DNA from: Eledone cirrhosa
Lineage: Eukaryota
Assembly: GCA_964016885.1 (NCBI GenBank)
Contig: OZ024740.1
Location: 356,004,001-356,068,000, forward strand
Length of the DNA stretch: 64,000 nt
Reading direction: 5' to 3'
Part shown: positions 23,919 to 38,029 of the stretch, piece after piece
How the letters are laid out: each line of letters starts with the position of its first letter
How positions within the stretch are numbered: the stretch's first letter is position 1
Position numbers and translations under genes: made by a program
Notes under the pieces: generated by a model
Database searches by the model: none
Seen by the model: the letters and a program-made list of their open reading frames with translations, nothing else
What the model was told of the DNA's origin: nothing

Positions 23919-24490
23919 TTGCGAAGTTTTTTATATGAAATCGTGTGTTGAAACAAATATTGTTATACTTGGGGAGGGTCATATTTGTGTAATATTCCCA
24001 GAATTAATAACAGAACACACTCACTGTTTGGTTAAATAAATACATACACAAGCACAATAACAACAAGCACATAAACACACACTAGTCACCCATCACACAG
24101 CAAACATAACACTATACACACACGCAAACGCATGCGCAAAGAAGACAAAATAAAATAAACAAACAAGCAAATAAATAAATAAATATATAGACAGACTGAA
24201 TAAAAATGGCGTAGACATACAACACAACAGGAGGAAAATATAACACCACTGACGATGTTGCAGATGTGCAACGAAAGATTTATGATAAACTATATATATG
24301 TGTTTGTGTCTATATTGTATCTGTATTATTTTTGACCGTCGGTCAGTCAATGGCAATATTGAGGACCGAGTAAGTTAGATTACCGATATAAAAGACAGCG
24401 AGAAGCGAAAACCAACCAAACAGTGGGTGTGTTCTGTTATTAATTCTGGCAATATTACACAAATATGACCCTCCCCAAGTATAACAATAT
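23915..24490 (+). mobile_element. HHR-bearing non-coding element with 5' inversion, inserted in (TA)n
   Basis: Inverted arms 23957-24033 / 24414-24490; HHR at 24242-24304; related fold-back at about 43020-43200. Confidence 0.8.
24242..24304 (+). ncRNA. type I hammerhead ribozyme (stem I disrupted by a TA run)
   Basis: CTGACGA-t-gttgca-gatg-tgcaac-GAAAG-atttatgataaa-CTA. Confidence 0.65.
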
Positions 24491-24517
24491 ATATATATAT
24501 TTATATTTATATATATA

Positions 24518-24665
24518 TCATCATCATTTTACGTCCACTTTTCCCTGCTTGCAAGAGTTGGATGGGTCCTATTCAGCACACCATCTCTCCACTTGTCACG
24601 GTCCTTCGTCATCTCCTCGGCGAGTTTCAGCGATCTGAGGTCTGCTCTCACCACCTCTGCCCATG
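24518..24665 (-). mobile_element. 3' end of a short-UTR RTE subfamily
   Basis: Minus frame TWAEVVRADLRSLKLAEEMTKDRDKWRDGVLNRTHP runs straight into gcaagcagggaaaagtggacgtaaaa(tga)n; related fragment at 34607-34718. Confidence 0.85.
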
Positions 24666-26826
24666 TATATATAATCATATGTAGTTATATTTATATCTAT
24701 ATATGCTTATTTATTTACATATATATGTATATATAATCATATACAAAATATAAAACAAGCAAATTTTAGTTTAATACATTTAATTGCTGACAATTATTTC
24801 TTCCAGACAAATGTCTGGAAATATTGGAGCATACACAATGTTTAAATTAGTAATTTTAATCCTAGTCTTCAGAACATTGGTAAGGATACATTACTATTGA
24901 CAGTGTCAGTGACATCATATAGAAGAGCAGGAGTTACAAAAAGATGTTATGTTACAGATATCACAGTATATGGAGCAATGGTGAAAAGTGAAATATTGAG
25001 CATATTATATATAAAGATATTCATGTGCAAAAGATACCAAGGTAATACATGTGCAAAAGATACCAAACAAAAAAAGTGTTAGAGAAGATAGATAAAAGAT
25101 ATCATAGCATTGAAAAGAAGGTAGTATTAAGGGTATATAATGCAAAAATGAATAAAGGCATGCATGAGGTAAGAGTTATAGAATAAATAAATCAAGCATA
25201 TTTCATACAGAATGTTAAAGCAGTTAAAAGTGTTAAAAAGGTTAAAAATGGCATGCATTATGGTAAAGAAATATGTAATGATAAAATGAATAAATATTGT
25301 GTAATGTATAATGCAAAAAACGTAAGTAAATGAGATAGGTAATTGTCATTCAAGAATGTTTATATTAGAGTTCGTGTATAAATGTATATGTTGGGTGTAA
25401 AGCAAATGTAGTGTACATAGAATGTTTTTAATTTTAGTTGTAATGTGTTTGAGATGTGTACAGTTTAAAAATGTGTGTAGTAAAGATTAATTCCACTCTG
25501 CAACTAGCCATGTTACTATATAATCATATATATAGTTATATATATGTATATATAATCATATATATATATATATATATACACACATTTGTTAAACTATATA
25601 CTTTTGTTTATAGATATCAAATATGTACATAGATGTTTGCTCTTAAATATTTAAGCAAAGCCTCAGGTCCTGTGATAGGATTATGATTATTAAACTTTTG
25701 CAGTCTCTTTAAAAAATCTTCATTATCATTATAATCAGCTTTTTTATGATCAACACAACCACCACCAACACTATCATTGCCATCACTGCTGCCACCACCT
25801 TCACTATTTTTATCAACTCTCATACATAAACATTATCAGAACACCATTACCATCACTAACATCACAACCAATAACACCAATGCGCTAATTGGTACCATTA
25901 CCATACCACAACAAACAATACTCACTATAAACATGAAAAAACATCAACATGATTGCTTGGCCTGCCAAATATAGCAGCCAGATTCTTCTCAAATCATACC
26001 CTTTTCTTCCTCCTTTTCGTATATGAGACAGCTGTAATGATGTGATGTCTCTTAGGCATTGAAACCAGCTCACTGGGGACTGTATCCATCAGCAACTTGC
26101 CAGTGTGGTTTGCCAGAGCAGACTGCACAATATATACTGAGTGAGTACCCAGATCTCTGCTCACCTGAGAATATGAACCTCACACATCCTACTTTCTTAA
26201 GTAATGAAAAGATATTTAGGATGATGTAGGTCTTGACATACCCCTGAAATAAGAGATCGTCATGGATGGAATGCCTTTCATAATAATTTTAATGTTAGTA
26301 ACATTATGACAACCAGTCAACACCCGCACTGTCACCATGAGCTAATTGTGAAGTTACTACATGATCACTGAACATGCTAGAGATAGTTGTTAAATTTCCT
26401 TCAAATCACATTCTACCATTATAGAAAAAGATACTTTGGATAATGTAGTTCTAGGTTCTTTTTATATACGAGAAACATGGGCTGATCACAGCTAGAATAC
26501 TTTTGCTCATAGATGTATTGAACCAAGGCTGACCTGTTGCTAAACAATACTCCTGTTTGTTATTATATTTTGATTTGTCATCATTTTTCAGCTGCTGCCA
26601 GTGTACTGTAGTTTGTGTTAAACAAAGAAAATCTTTCTCAGTTATCTTTAATCCTTTTGAGAACAAACTGCCTGAAACTGCTTCTATCTTTATTCATTTT
26701 GAAGTTTTCATATTTATTTGAAAAACCTGCCATCATCACTTTATCTAAGAACATTTGTTAATTTCTAAACACCTGCTTAATAATGTAAAAGTTAGATATA
26801 TCACTAAACCTCTCTAAATTAATGAC

Positions 26827-27178
26827 TACTCTCAGGTCCCAAATAAAGGGTGGGGGTGGGTGGGTGGGGGGATAAGTGGGCGGATATGGAATAAATGGAA
26901 GCCTGAGAAATCGGTAACTGTATGTTCGTAAATATGGGATTTCTTGTAATGTTCTTTTTTTGTCATATATAATGTTTTTTAATGTAAAATAAAGATATTA
27001 GATTTTCCAACTGCTGTATCAATATGAATCACTTACATTAAAGTCGCACCGGAGATAGATTAGCAAAATGTAATAAGTGGGGGGGGGGGGGTTGTAATAT
27101 AAGCAGGGAGTTTGGAAACAACCTGAAACATTAATAAGTAGGTGGTGGGGTGGGTAGATTATTCAAGACCTAAGAGTA
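26827..27178. mobile_element. Tc1/mariner-like MITE nested in an older element
   Basis: Imperfect TIRs tactctcaggtcccaaataa / ttattcaagacctaagagta with TA ends. Confidence 0.5.
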
Positions 27179-28063
27179 TTTTCAAAATTATTTGAATTTT
27201 TTTTTTTGTCATACTTAAAAATTATGTCAAATATATTTTACAGACAGAAGTCATTCAATGATAGAAATATCTACAAAGAAAGATTACAAACAAAATTAAG
27301 TAATGAAAAACACGGGGGAGAGGTAAAGAAGGGTAGAGTTCACTGTATGGGAAAGTAAAGGAAAGGACTATAAATACCATAAATGACAAGAAAAGGAGCG
27401 AAAGAGCAAGGACTATTAGGGAACAAAATAAAGAGAGGTTGACAGACTCTACACCTAGATTGGGGTGGTGTTTCAGCTGCATCCCATAGACAAGATGAGT
27501 TGCTGCTGTCCAGGGTCTGAGAATGCCTGAGATCTCAATGGTGACCAGTGTAAAGAGTAAGTGGCTGGACAAGCCCTGGTATTGGGTTGTCTTCCTGACC
27601 TCTACATTGCAGGTCATGATACCAGGGTTTGTAGCTGAAGTTACAAAATTGGAGGCAGAGAACTTGGCACAGCATGTCAGTTCCCAGATGAAGGATTTAC
27701 CTCCTTTGAATTGGAAGAGGGTAATTCAGTTGGGACACTTGCCGTCTCCATGGTCGAGGCCTGTTGGCTCCAGTTGTGATGGAGCTGTATTTCCCATTAG
27801 AAATGTGATAATTAAAAAAAAATGTAGGCAATAAAAATAGTGGAAAAGCAGCTACATACTTGCCAATATGAAGCTTACTGACTTTTATGCCTAAATTTAG
27901 ATAATACTCTAGATTTGTATGATTTCTTGTCAGATTAATGTTTTAGTTAATTAGTTCCAGGTGAGCCCTGATGAAACACACCTAGGATCTCAGAGCTGTT
28001 CAAATCATGATTATTTCATTTTTTTCTGCTACAGTATATCTAAGACTACATTATTGAATGTGC

Positions 28064-28240
28064 TGGTGGATTGGCAGTATTGGTAGAGGGTCGGTCACCA
28101 TGCTTTGCAGCAAAGAGTTATTGCCCTTTATGGTCTGAGTTCAAATCCCGCCGAGGTTAACTTTGCCTTTATCCTTATGGAGTCGATAAAATAAAGTACT
28201 GGGTAATTGCTGGCCTTGTGCCTAAAGTAGAAACAATTAT
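28064..28240 (+). mobile_element. SINE family B
   Basis: Family match; TSD attattga(a/g)tgtg. Confidence 0.9.
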
Positions 28241-28899
28241 TGAGTGTGTCCCTCCTTTTTTAAAGCTGAGAGGGTATGATTTAAGGAAGGTTTAATGCTA
28301 TTTCTAGATGGTCAAAGAACCATGTAGATGCTCTTTTATAATATCCCTTCTCTTCAAATTTAGTGGGAGTGATGGAATAAAAGCAGATAATGTCTTCCCC
28401 AAAGGGCATTGTATAGAGAACCCTACAAATCCATTGAACTTTATATTGATGTCAATTAGGATTTCTTAGAAGTGCTAGAAGGTTAATTTCTATAGAGGCT
28501 GGGAAGGGATCCCAGTGTATTATATAGTTATATACTTCTATTTATTCTATCAATAAAAATGAAACTTTACTCTGGCTTGATTTGAACTACGTTTTCCTTT
28601 GATTAAAGTAACTTTCATAAGGAGAACTTAGCATTAGGTTAGCAATACAACTATCTAAGTATAGAAAAATGATGAAGTTTGAACAATGAAAATGAAGAAG
28701 TGTCCATATGATATTAAGCTACATCCACAAAAGTTAAGTGTTGTTGGCTACAACTTAGCCAGGCAATCCAGGGGACCAAGTAATGCAAGGTTTTGTGTTG
28801 GATTGGTGGGAAATACAAATAAATAACTAAATAAATAAAAAAATAAAATACAAGAAACAAATGAATGAGCAAACATTAACAGTTCTCCTTTTTCTGTTA

Positions 28900-29700
28900 C
28901 TTGATATATAATATTCCAGTCAACCTAGCATTTTATCCACTTATAGGTGCCATCTGTCTCTCATTTCTTGTATCAAAAGTGTCCTGTTAAACCACTCCAG
29001 TACACCAAGCATTTGACTTCATTTTAGTGTGCATAATAGTTTTTCACATTTTCCCCCACTACATTAATAACTTTCTCATTGTTATATCTAACTTCACACA
29101 ATCCATACACTCTGAAATTGTTTTTCACTTTCTACACAAGGTGACACTCCATACCAGTCTTATACTGTTTTCATTAATAGAAACATTAAAACATCTTCAG
29201 TTGGTGATAAAAAGCACAAACAGGCCATAACTACATATATTAGAGAAGCAACCAACACTATTGTATCACATAGTTAAAAACCAGCAAAGCAGCTGAAAAT
29301 TATGTTTCACTATCTGTTATAGCCTTACACATATAATATTGCCAATACTACATTCAAGGCATTAAGTTTCTTAAATCTACAAACACTCTAGACCATATTT
29401 CCAAAAAGTAATCCACTAGATTGGCAAAGATCTATTCATGAACACACTACAATGAATGACCCAGGCATGCAATGTTTCTTCTCTCTGACTCAGCAACTGT
29501 TACTTTAATAGCTTCTGCTCTCTCTTTCCTCTATACTAATTAGTTATGGCCCATCTAATGACCAAATCCTTCTAATGCATGTAACCCTCCCCTTCTCATT
29601 ATCCCTACTCTATTCATTTTAGTTACTTTAGCCAATCATTCCTCCACACAACTGCAACTCTATGGAATTGTCAAACTGCTCATCTTGTTGTTTTTTAGCC
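28900..29700 (-). pseudogene. highly decayed CR1/L2-like RT fragment
   Basis: Only scattered motif remnants (GKC....MH, LGV) on the minus strand. Confidence 0.35.
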
Positions 29701-31377
29701 CTTATCTGGCAGGCCTCTGAGGAAAGGCATTCAAGCATAAATACTTTGTTTTTCAGGTATGTTAATCTAGAATCACATTATCCAATGTATCCTTCCTTTA
29801 TAAAAATAAGGTGAAATTTGAGAGAAGTTTGGCTGTCATTTCTAGTAGGTCAAGCTTCTATAAAGAAAACTATATTTTTTAAAAAGGTATTAACCCTCAC
29901 ATGATGGTCTTGGCTGGAATTCCATTCCTTATAGATTTGATCAATGACAGCTGACCTAAGGCCGAACAGCATCTAGAGACTTTATAATGATTAATGCTAT
30001 CTCACCATTCTTTCATACATGTTGAATTCTCATCCATTGTACCTTCACAGCACAGCTGTCCAGTTTTGCTGACTTTAGAGTGGTTGTTTTTAATAATTCA
30101 TTTAATCATGATGATGAATCATGGGAGTCACAAGATATTAACAATGATTGTTTGACATAAAGAAAGATAAAATTTGAAATATCTCCAGTTAACATGATAC
30201 AATGAATATTAAAACTACTTGAAGAAAAAATAATCAAATAATCAGTATTCTTACATTTGTTCTTATCAGAGCCACTGTCTTTTCTAACAGTTCTCATTTA
30301 TATATTGTCAACAAATGACAATATCTGGTATGGTGTTGTGGTCATAGATAACATGAGATGTTTATTAAATATGCATGCACACACAATATCCACATGCACA
30401 AAGAAATCCCTAACAAATATATACATATCTGATAGAAATAAAAACAAACACAGCTATCTATCTATTGATTTATCTATCTAACTATCTATGTATTTGTTTG
30501 TCTGTTTGCCTGCTGCCTGTCCCCCCCCCCTCTCTCTCTATATAATCACAGTAATCAAGAATTTGTCCCATAACCCATTTTATCAATTCAGCCTTAATGG
30601 AGAGATGTTATATCTTAGGTAAGATGATCTAAGAACACCCACCCCCTTTCCAGATTATGCGCTTGGGTAGAATTTGAATAAGTGTACAGCTTAAAGTGGG
30701 AACCTTTACCTATTCTGTAGTTATTTATTAGTAGGTGGAATGTGTTACTCAAAAGTTACATGTCTTGGAGACAATATAACACAACTGATTTAAGCCATTG
30801 ATCAGTCCACATGTAGTCTGACATCCTCTTATCTCAGCCAGTTAAGACTTTCAATACAACTAACAACCAGTCGATTTAAGCTATCTAGGAACCTTGGGCT
30901 AGATAACATTTTGAACCCCAACCCCAAAACCTGCTCACAAGAAACATAATGAAAATTAAAAGGCCTATCAATACTGAGATTCTAGGATCAATATGAGCCA
31001 ACCCCTAAAATAGAGGCATCACCCAAAGTAAAAAAAAAATCATTAGAATAGAATATTTTAAATTTTAACAAAAATATTTATTTTCTTAGCTACATTTTAA
31101 TATATATTTCAAATTGAATAAGGCCCCCTGGACTATGAGACCCTAGGCAGTAGTCCACTTATCCCATATGTAAATCTGGTACTTTCAACACTGCAGTCAT
31201 ACATATGCATAACTCTGTAGAAGCCAAATAGTTAAATATATGGTTGTTATTGTTGAGTAGACCTAAGATGGAGTAAGTAGGACAAAATCAAATCAAAGAG
31301 GGGACACAAAGGAGCAAAAATAGTCATTGAGAATGATAGCGTTGAAAGAGATTTTACAAATATATATATAACACACA

Positions 31378-31380
<3 letters not shown>

Positions 31381-31408
<28 letters not shown>

Positions 31409-31752
31409 GTTTAACGTCCATGTTCCACGCTTGCATGGGTTTGGACGGGAGTTTTCCCACTTGAGGCAAGAGTGGTTGTCTTGCTCGTATAGGACTGTCT
31501 GGCAGGTTTTCTACAGCTGGATGCCCTTCCTAACACCAACCACATTTACAGTGTGGGACTGGGAGGTTTTTACTGTGTTACCTACACGGCCACATTACAG
31601 CGTGGACTGTGTGTTTTTTTGTTGTGACACCTACACGATCTCATTTGTTTCGGCCTGGATGTTGTGGCACCAACATAACTTTACATTGAAAGGGGCGGTG
31701 TGGATGAGGTGGGGGTGGTGGGACGGGGGTGTATTTTGTTAGAGGTGCCTAG
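31381..31752 (-). mobile_element. RTE LINE 3' UTR fragment
   Basis: Reverse complement of about 39760-40138. Confidence 0.9.
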
Positions 31753-31951
31753 GAAAAGAGTCAGGACACCAACGGCCAGAGCTCCAGCCATTTCGACAGC
31801 TAGATCTAAACTGAATGGTTCTAGCTGTTGAAATGGCTGGAGCTCAGCCGTCGAGGTCCTGACTCTTTTCCTATTATCCACTCTACTACCCTAAGTATCG
31901 AGTACTCTGGTACGTTATGGTCCACCTGGTATCTTACCACACCTACTTTGT
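31750..31951 (+). mobile_element. fold-back fragment of an HHR-bearing element
   Basis: Arms 31750-31805 / 31820-31873; the right arm holds gaaatggct-ggagctc-agccgtc and continues to 31951. Confidence 0.8.
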
Positions 31952-31995
31952 TATATATATATATACATATATACATATATATACATATATACATA

Positions 31996-32281
<286 letters not shown>

Positions 32282-32665
32282 AAGCAACCAAGAATTTATC
32301 CTCGAAAGTAGGACAATTGAATGCCCCAACTGATACATAATACATTCAGAAAGCAAAACGAACTATAAACTAAACATCTATACTAGATATAAGACCTCAT
32401 CAATATTTCCTGACTAGATAATTAACCTCTAGCCTGCAGTAATTAGCAATATGGGAGAGACGGACTTTATTAAGCTGCCACTGTCATATTACTTTGTTTC
32501 TGTATAATGATAAACAATACCAATCATTATCTGTATATGTATGTATGTATGTACACACATTATATATATATATAACTATTTTATATATATATATATATAA
32601 CCATTTTATATATATATATATATATACCCATTTTATATATATATATATATATATACACATTTTAT

Positions 32666-32730
<65 letters not shown>

Positions 32731-32733
<3 letters not shown>

Positions 32734-33030
32734 CTAGAAATTGATTAACACATATATAAAAAAATATAAACATGAATAATCACAGGAGATAATTTTTACA
32801 CGTGTGTAACCACGCATGGCTAGTAGGTAACAAATAAATAAAGTTAACTAGAACTTCAGAAATAGATACCTTTTAGGGAAGATTAATCATTAAAAGGTAT
32901 CTATTTCTGAAGTTCTATTTATTTGTTACCTACTAGCCATGCTTGTAAAAATTACACGCTTGTAAAAATTATCTCCTGTGATTATTCATGTTTATATTTT
33001 TTTATATATGTGTTAATCAATTTCTAGTTA
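32731..33030. repeat. fold-back inverted repeat in a (TA)n-flanked element (extends to about 33150)
   Basis: Arms of about 140 bp, taactagaaattgattaac... / ...gttaatcaatttctagtta, with a loop near 32876-32890. Confidence 0.9.
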
Positions 33031-33156
33031 TTAAATGCTCGCACCTACAAAGTCTTTGAGCTTATTTTCCGGGCGATATGGCGCACACCGTTAAGGCGTG
33101 ACACCCACAATTTCGATTTGGATTGAATTCATTTAATTTATCTTAATTTTAGATAT

Positions 33157-33200
<44 letters not shown>

Positions 33201-33202
<2 letters not shown>

Positions 33203-33400
33203 CAAAGGAAATGTGGTAAGGAACCAGATGGACCATAACGCACCAAAGTACTCGATACTTAGGGTAGTAGAGTGGGTAATAGGAACGAGTAGGACCCCGA
33301 CGGCTGAGCTCAAGCCGTTTCGATGTCTAATTCTGGACTAAAACGTCCAGAATTAGCCGTCGAAACGGCTTGAGCTCAGCCGTCGGGGTCTTACACGTTC

Positions 33401-33403
<3 letters not shown>
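33201..33403 (-). mobile_element. fold-back fragment of an HHR-bearing element (HHR 3' half on both arms)
   Basis: Arms 33280-33338 / 33345-33403; GAA-ACGGCT-tgagctc-AGCCGT-C-ggggtc at 33362-33390; long arm homologous to 31820-31951. Confidence 0.85.
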
Positions 33404-33437
<34 letters not shown>

Positions 33438-34761
33438 TTTTATATATATATATATTTATTAAAGAATGTATCATTTGAGAGGCTGTTTCTCAAAGGAGTT
33501 GCATATGACAGATTTATTTATTCTTGTAATGAAGAAAGCTCACCTAATTTAATGAAGATTTGGTACAAATAATATTGGATGCTATAACATCTAAGTCATT
33601 TGAAAAAGCAAATTGTTGAATTAATGTATTTTGATCATGTTAGCAATCAATAAGTCTTCTTTGTTCAGTGCCTTATTCATAAGATTCTGACATTTTTATA
33701 ATGCAAATTTGATGTTTGAGAAACAGGATAAAAAAAAGAAGGAATAAATGCAAATACATTAGACATTACCATTGCTACATTGAAATATATTTATTAGCAC
33801 TGATTTAGTCATCAATAAATTTGGAGACTATACATAGTTATTACTGCCATTAATGTTTCCATGCTCATCCAGATTTTGAGAGAAGAACAAAAGTAATCGT
33901 TACTGATAACAATGTTCGACTTTTTCATTGAATAAGCGAATTCTATTCTAAAGGATCATTTTGGAAAATTATGCAGCTTCACCAATACATAGTTTATACA
34001 ATAACTATCTGAATAAGAAATCGAATGGCATTTCTAGCAGACAAATTATAAAGATATTATATATCAAGAATGGACAGAATATCACAGTTATTTAGGAAAT
34101 GTAATTAGTAATATATCTATTTTTGCTATTTGCATTCTGAATTCAAATTTGTAGAGGTTGACAAAGTACCAGTCTAAGGTGATGGACTTTCAGAAATGTT
34201 AGAGAGCACAAAGGAGTGCCCTGAAGTATTTGTTCAGGTTCTTAGTATTCTGTGTTCAAATCCTGCCTTAGCCTACCAAGCTATCAAAGAGCAGAAGCCA
34301 TCCAATAAAGATATAAAACCTATGACTTCATTTGCATCCAATGATGTAGACAAGTGCTACTTTTTGGGTTAAGGCATTCGATGTTCAGAGAGTGGAACTG
34401 GTCCTGCCTATGCAAACCCTTTCCTCACTTAAAAAAGCTTCAAGCTTGATATGACATTTTTTGCAATGCATGACTGACTAGTCCCTAGCAGGACTAAAAA
34501 GCTACATCTGTGATGCTCATGCTTAAGTATCAGGTGATGGCATTAATCGAAATCAAGTTGCAGCATGCATGCATGTATGTAGGTATGCATGCATGCATAT
34601 ATGCATCATCATCATCATCATCATTTTATGTCTGCTTTTCCATGCTTGCAAGTGTGGGACAGGTCCTATTCAGCACAGCATCTCTCCACTTGTCACGGTC
34701 CTTCGTCATCTCCTCCATGAACTATATATATATATACAACATATATATATACACACACATA

Positions 34762-34931
34762 TCATCATCATTTCATTTTACGTCCGCTTTTCCCTGCTAA
34801 CAAGGGTGGGACGGGAACTGATTCTGGCTTGATTTCTACAGCTGGATGCCCTTCCTAACACCAACCTCATTTACAGTGAGTGCTGGGTGCTTTTTTGGCA
34901 CCTCCACGACCACTTTGCAGTGGAATGATAT

Positions 34932-34935
<4 letters not shown>
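34762..34935 (-). mobile_element. SINE family A, 3' half
   Basis: Family match, truncated at (TA)n. Confidence 0.88.
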
Positions 34936-34992
<57 letters not shown>

Positions 34993-34997
<5 letters not shown>

Positions 34998-35335
34998 TTA
35001 GTATATCTACCAACATATGTATACAGATGTATACCCATGCTAGCAAATATATATGTTATGTCTTAGTACCTTTGTGGTTCTATGCAAGGGGGTGCAGAAC
35101 AATTATATGAAAGACGTAAAATAAGAACATTTTAAAATTAACTTACTTACTAAAATTCCGTGCATTGCCTGGGAACTTAGCTGAGAATAGACTCCTTGAT
35201 GACGTAAGGATTTCTCCATGGTTGCGTTGCATAACTATATTTATTCCCTTACATAAACTAATTAGTTGGAGTGAAAATTTTAGTAAGTAAGTTAATTTTA
35301 AAATTTTCTTATCTTACGTCTTATATATATATATA
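34993..35335 (+). mobile_element. HHR-family copy with 5' inversion and a decayed ribozyme (35191-35272)
   Basis: Homologous to 36565-36850; core reads ttgatga...taaa. Confidence 0.8.
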
Positions 35336-35340
35336 TATAT

Positions 35341-36077
35341 ATATGAATAAAGTTAGTCCTTCATCAGTGATCTTCCAACCATCATTGGTATTTCATCGCT
35401 TTAAAGATCATATACCTCCGGTTGGTGCGAGCAACGGCTAAAAAAAGTCGTTGGGACACGTAAATAAAGGGGACACGAGAGTGTAAACAAACAAAGATGG
35501 TGAAGCAACGAAAAGTGAGGAAGAAGGAGTCAAGTCCCAAATTTCCATGAATATAAGTTCGGTGAAATCGTGAATAAAGACAATCAAACCTGGTTGGAAT
35601 GTGAGCAAGGAAGGAATTCCGTACAGGTCTAACGGGAGGAAGAAGGGTTCTAGTCTGTGAATTCTATTGAACGTAAGTTCTGTGAAATCGTAGACGAGAG
35701 ATTTTTTTTTTTTTTCTCTCTCTCGTCTACGATTTCACAGAACTTACGTTCACCGAATTCACAGACTAGATCTCTTCTTCCTCCCGTTAGACCTGTACGG
35801 AATTCCTTCCTTGCTCACATTCCAACCAGGTTTGATGGTCTTTATTCACAATTTCACCGAACTTATATTCATGGAAATTTGGGACTTGAGTCCTTCTTCC
35901 TCACTTTTTGTTGCTTCACCATCTTTGTTTGTTTACACTCTCGTGTCCCCTTTATTTACGTGTCCCAACGACTTTTTTAGCCGTTGCTCGCACAACCGGA
36001 GGTATATGGTCTTTAAAGCGATGGAATACCAATGATGGTTGGAAGATCACTGATGAAGGACTAACTTTATTCATATG
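35341..36077. repeat. long fold-back (arms about 360 bp) of a non-coding element in (TA)n
   Basis: 35341-35700 versus 35716-36077 with a poly-T loop; the outer ends carry gatca-CTGATGA-aggact (HHR 5' half). Confidence 0.92.
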
Positions 36078-36194
36078 TAACCCATTAGCAACCACGCAGC
36101 ACGTTTATTTTCATATATATATATATATATATATGAAAGACGTAAAATAAGAACATTTTAAAAATTAAAAATCAACTTACTTACTAAAATTTTC

Positions 36195-36276
36195 ACTCCA
36201 ACTAATTAGTTTCTGTAAGGGGATAAATATAGTTACGTAATATAACTATAGAGAATTCCTTACGTCATCAGGGAGT
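36195..36276 (-). ncRNA. intact type I hammerhead ribozyme
   Basis: actcc-CTGATGA-c-gtaagg...ccttac-a-GAAA-ctaattag-TT-ggagt: perfect 5-bp stem I, palindromic stem III, GUU site. Confidence 0.88.
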
Positions 36277-36594
36277 CTATTTTCAGCTAAGTTCCCAGGC
36301 GATGCGCGGACACTAGCAACCCATATAAAAATAATAATTCAGTGGATGGAATAAAGCTAGCGGGGACTAAATTCCAGAGCACTGAAAAAATTCACTACCT
36401 CTGGTCAGTGGCAGATTCTAAAGAATCAATCACGTGACACTGAGGTTAATCAGTGAGGAGCGGGGTGGTATTATGACAAGAGCCTACTACTACCATGAAT
36501 CAGCAGTAAATTTTGGCAAGTTTTACTCAACAAATATTATTTTTATATGAGTTCCTAGTGTCCGCGCATCGCCTGGGAACTTAGCTGAGAATAG

Positions 36595-36676
36595 ACTCCC
36601 TGATGACGTAAGGAATTCTCTATAGTTATATTACGTAACTATATTTATCCCCTTACAGAAACTAATTAGCTGGAGT
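36595..36676 (+). ncRNA. type I hammerhead ribozyme copy with U16.1>C (probably inactive)
   Basis: Same as 36195-36276 except GCT at the cleavage triplet. Confidence 0.75.
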
Positions 36677-36845
36677 GAAAATTTTAGTAAGTAAGTTGAT
36701 TTTTAATTTTTAAAATTTTCTTATTTTACGTCTTTCATGTAATTGTTCTGCATCCCCCTGCATAGGACCACAAAGGTACTAAGACATAACATATATATTT
36801 GCTAGCATGGGTGTACATCTGTACACATATGTTGGTAGATATACT

Positions 36846-37302
<457 letters not shown>

Positions 37303-37609
37303 ACATATAACACAAATTAGCTATCTTACACAGAGTATATTTGACGCGTTACATCTTGTTACATGGAGAGAAATATATATATATGTGTATATGTGTGTGT
37401 TTGTATGTAGAGAGAGAAGGACAAACACATATGGATATATAGAAAATAGAAAAATAGTTGGGTTAAGAGATGATATCATACTTTGGGGAGAACTAACCTA
37501 TGAATCAACATCGTTTTAATTACACTTTAATGTTTGAATATTTGAGTATTTATTACAGTCAATAAAATATACTGTGTACTATTTGGCAGTCTCTTTTTTA
37601 TTTTTTATC

Positions 37610-37652
<43 letters not shown>

Positions 37653-37656
<4 letters not shown>

Positions 37657-37946
37657 AAGAAAAAAAGATGAAATCGAAAATGCAACTGGAGTCTTATTTT
37701 AAAAAAAATATATATATTTATTTGGTTCCTTTATCGGTTTCGCAGTTCTTCTGCTTTTCAAAAGTAGAGTTGAGATGGAGGGACTGTGGTTTTTCTCACA
37801 TGAGAAAAACCACAGACCCTCCATCTCAACTCTACTTTTGAAAAGCAGAAGAACTGCGAAACTGATAAAGGAACCAAATAAATATATATATTTTTTAAAA
37901 AATAAGACTCCAGTTGCATTTTCGATTTCATCTTTTTTTCTTTATA
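37653..37946. repeat. near-perfect palindrome with a U3:A8 HHR variant on each arm
   Basis: Arms about 146 bp, centre ttctca-ca-tgagaa; ctt-TTGAAAA-gcag-aagaa-ctgc-GAAA-c(c/t)ga-TA-aag at 37835-37870. Confidence 0.88.
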
Positions 37947-38029
37947 CTTTCACTCATGTAGGACACCTCGGTTATTTTTCATTTTGTAAGAAAAACCTCA
38001 CTTTCTAATATATATATATGTATATTTGA

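Noticed and set aside
23957-24490. MITE with 77-bp TIRs
   Set aside because: The left arm extends asymmetrically, a related copy folds at a different point, and an HHR is present; better explained as a retro-inversion.
27280-27810. Possible LINE ORF1/gag N-terminal relic on the minus strand
   Set aside because: Too degenerate to assign by eye.
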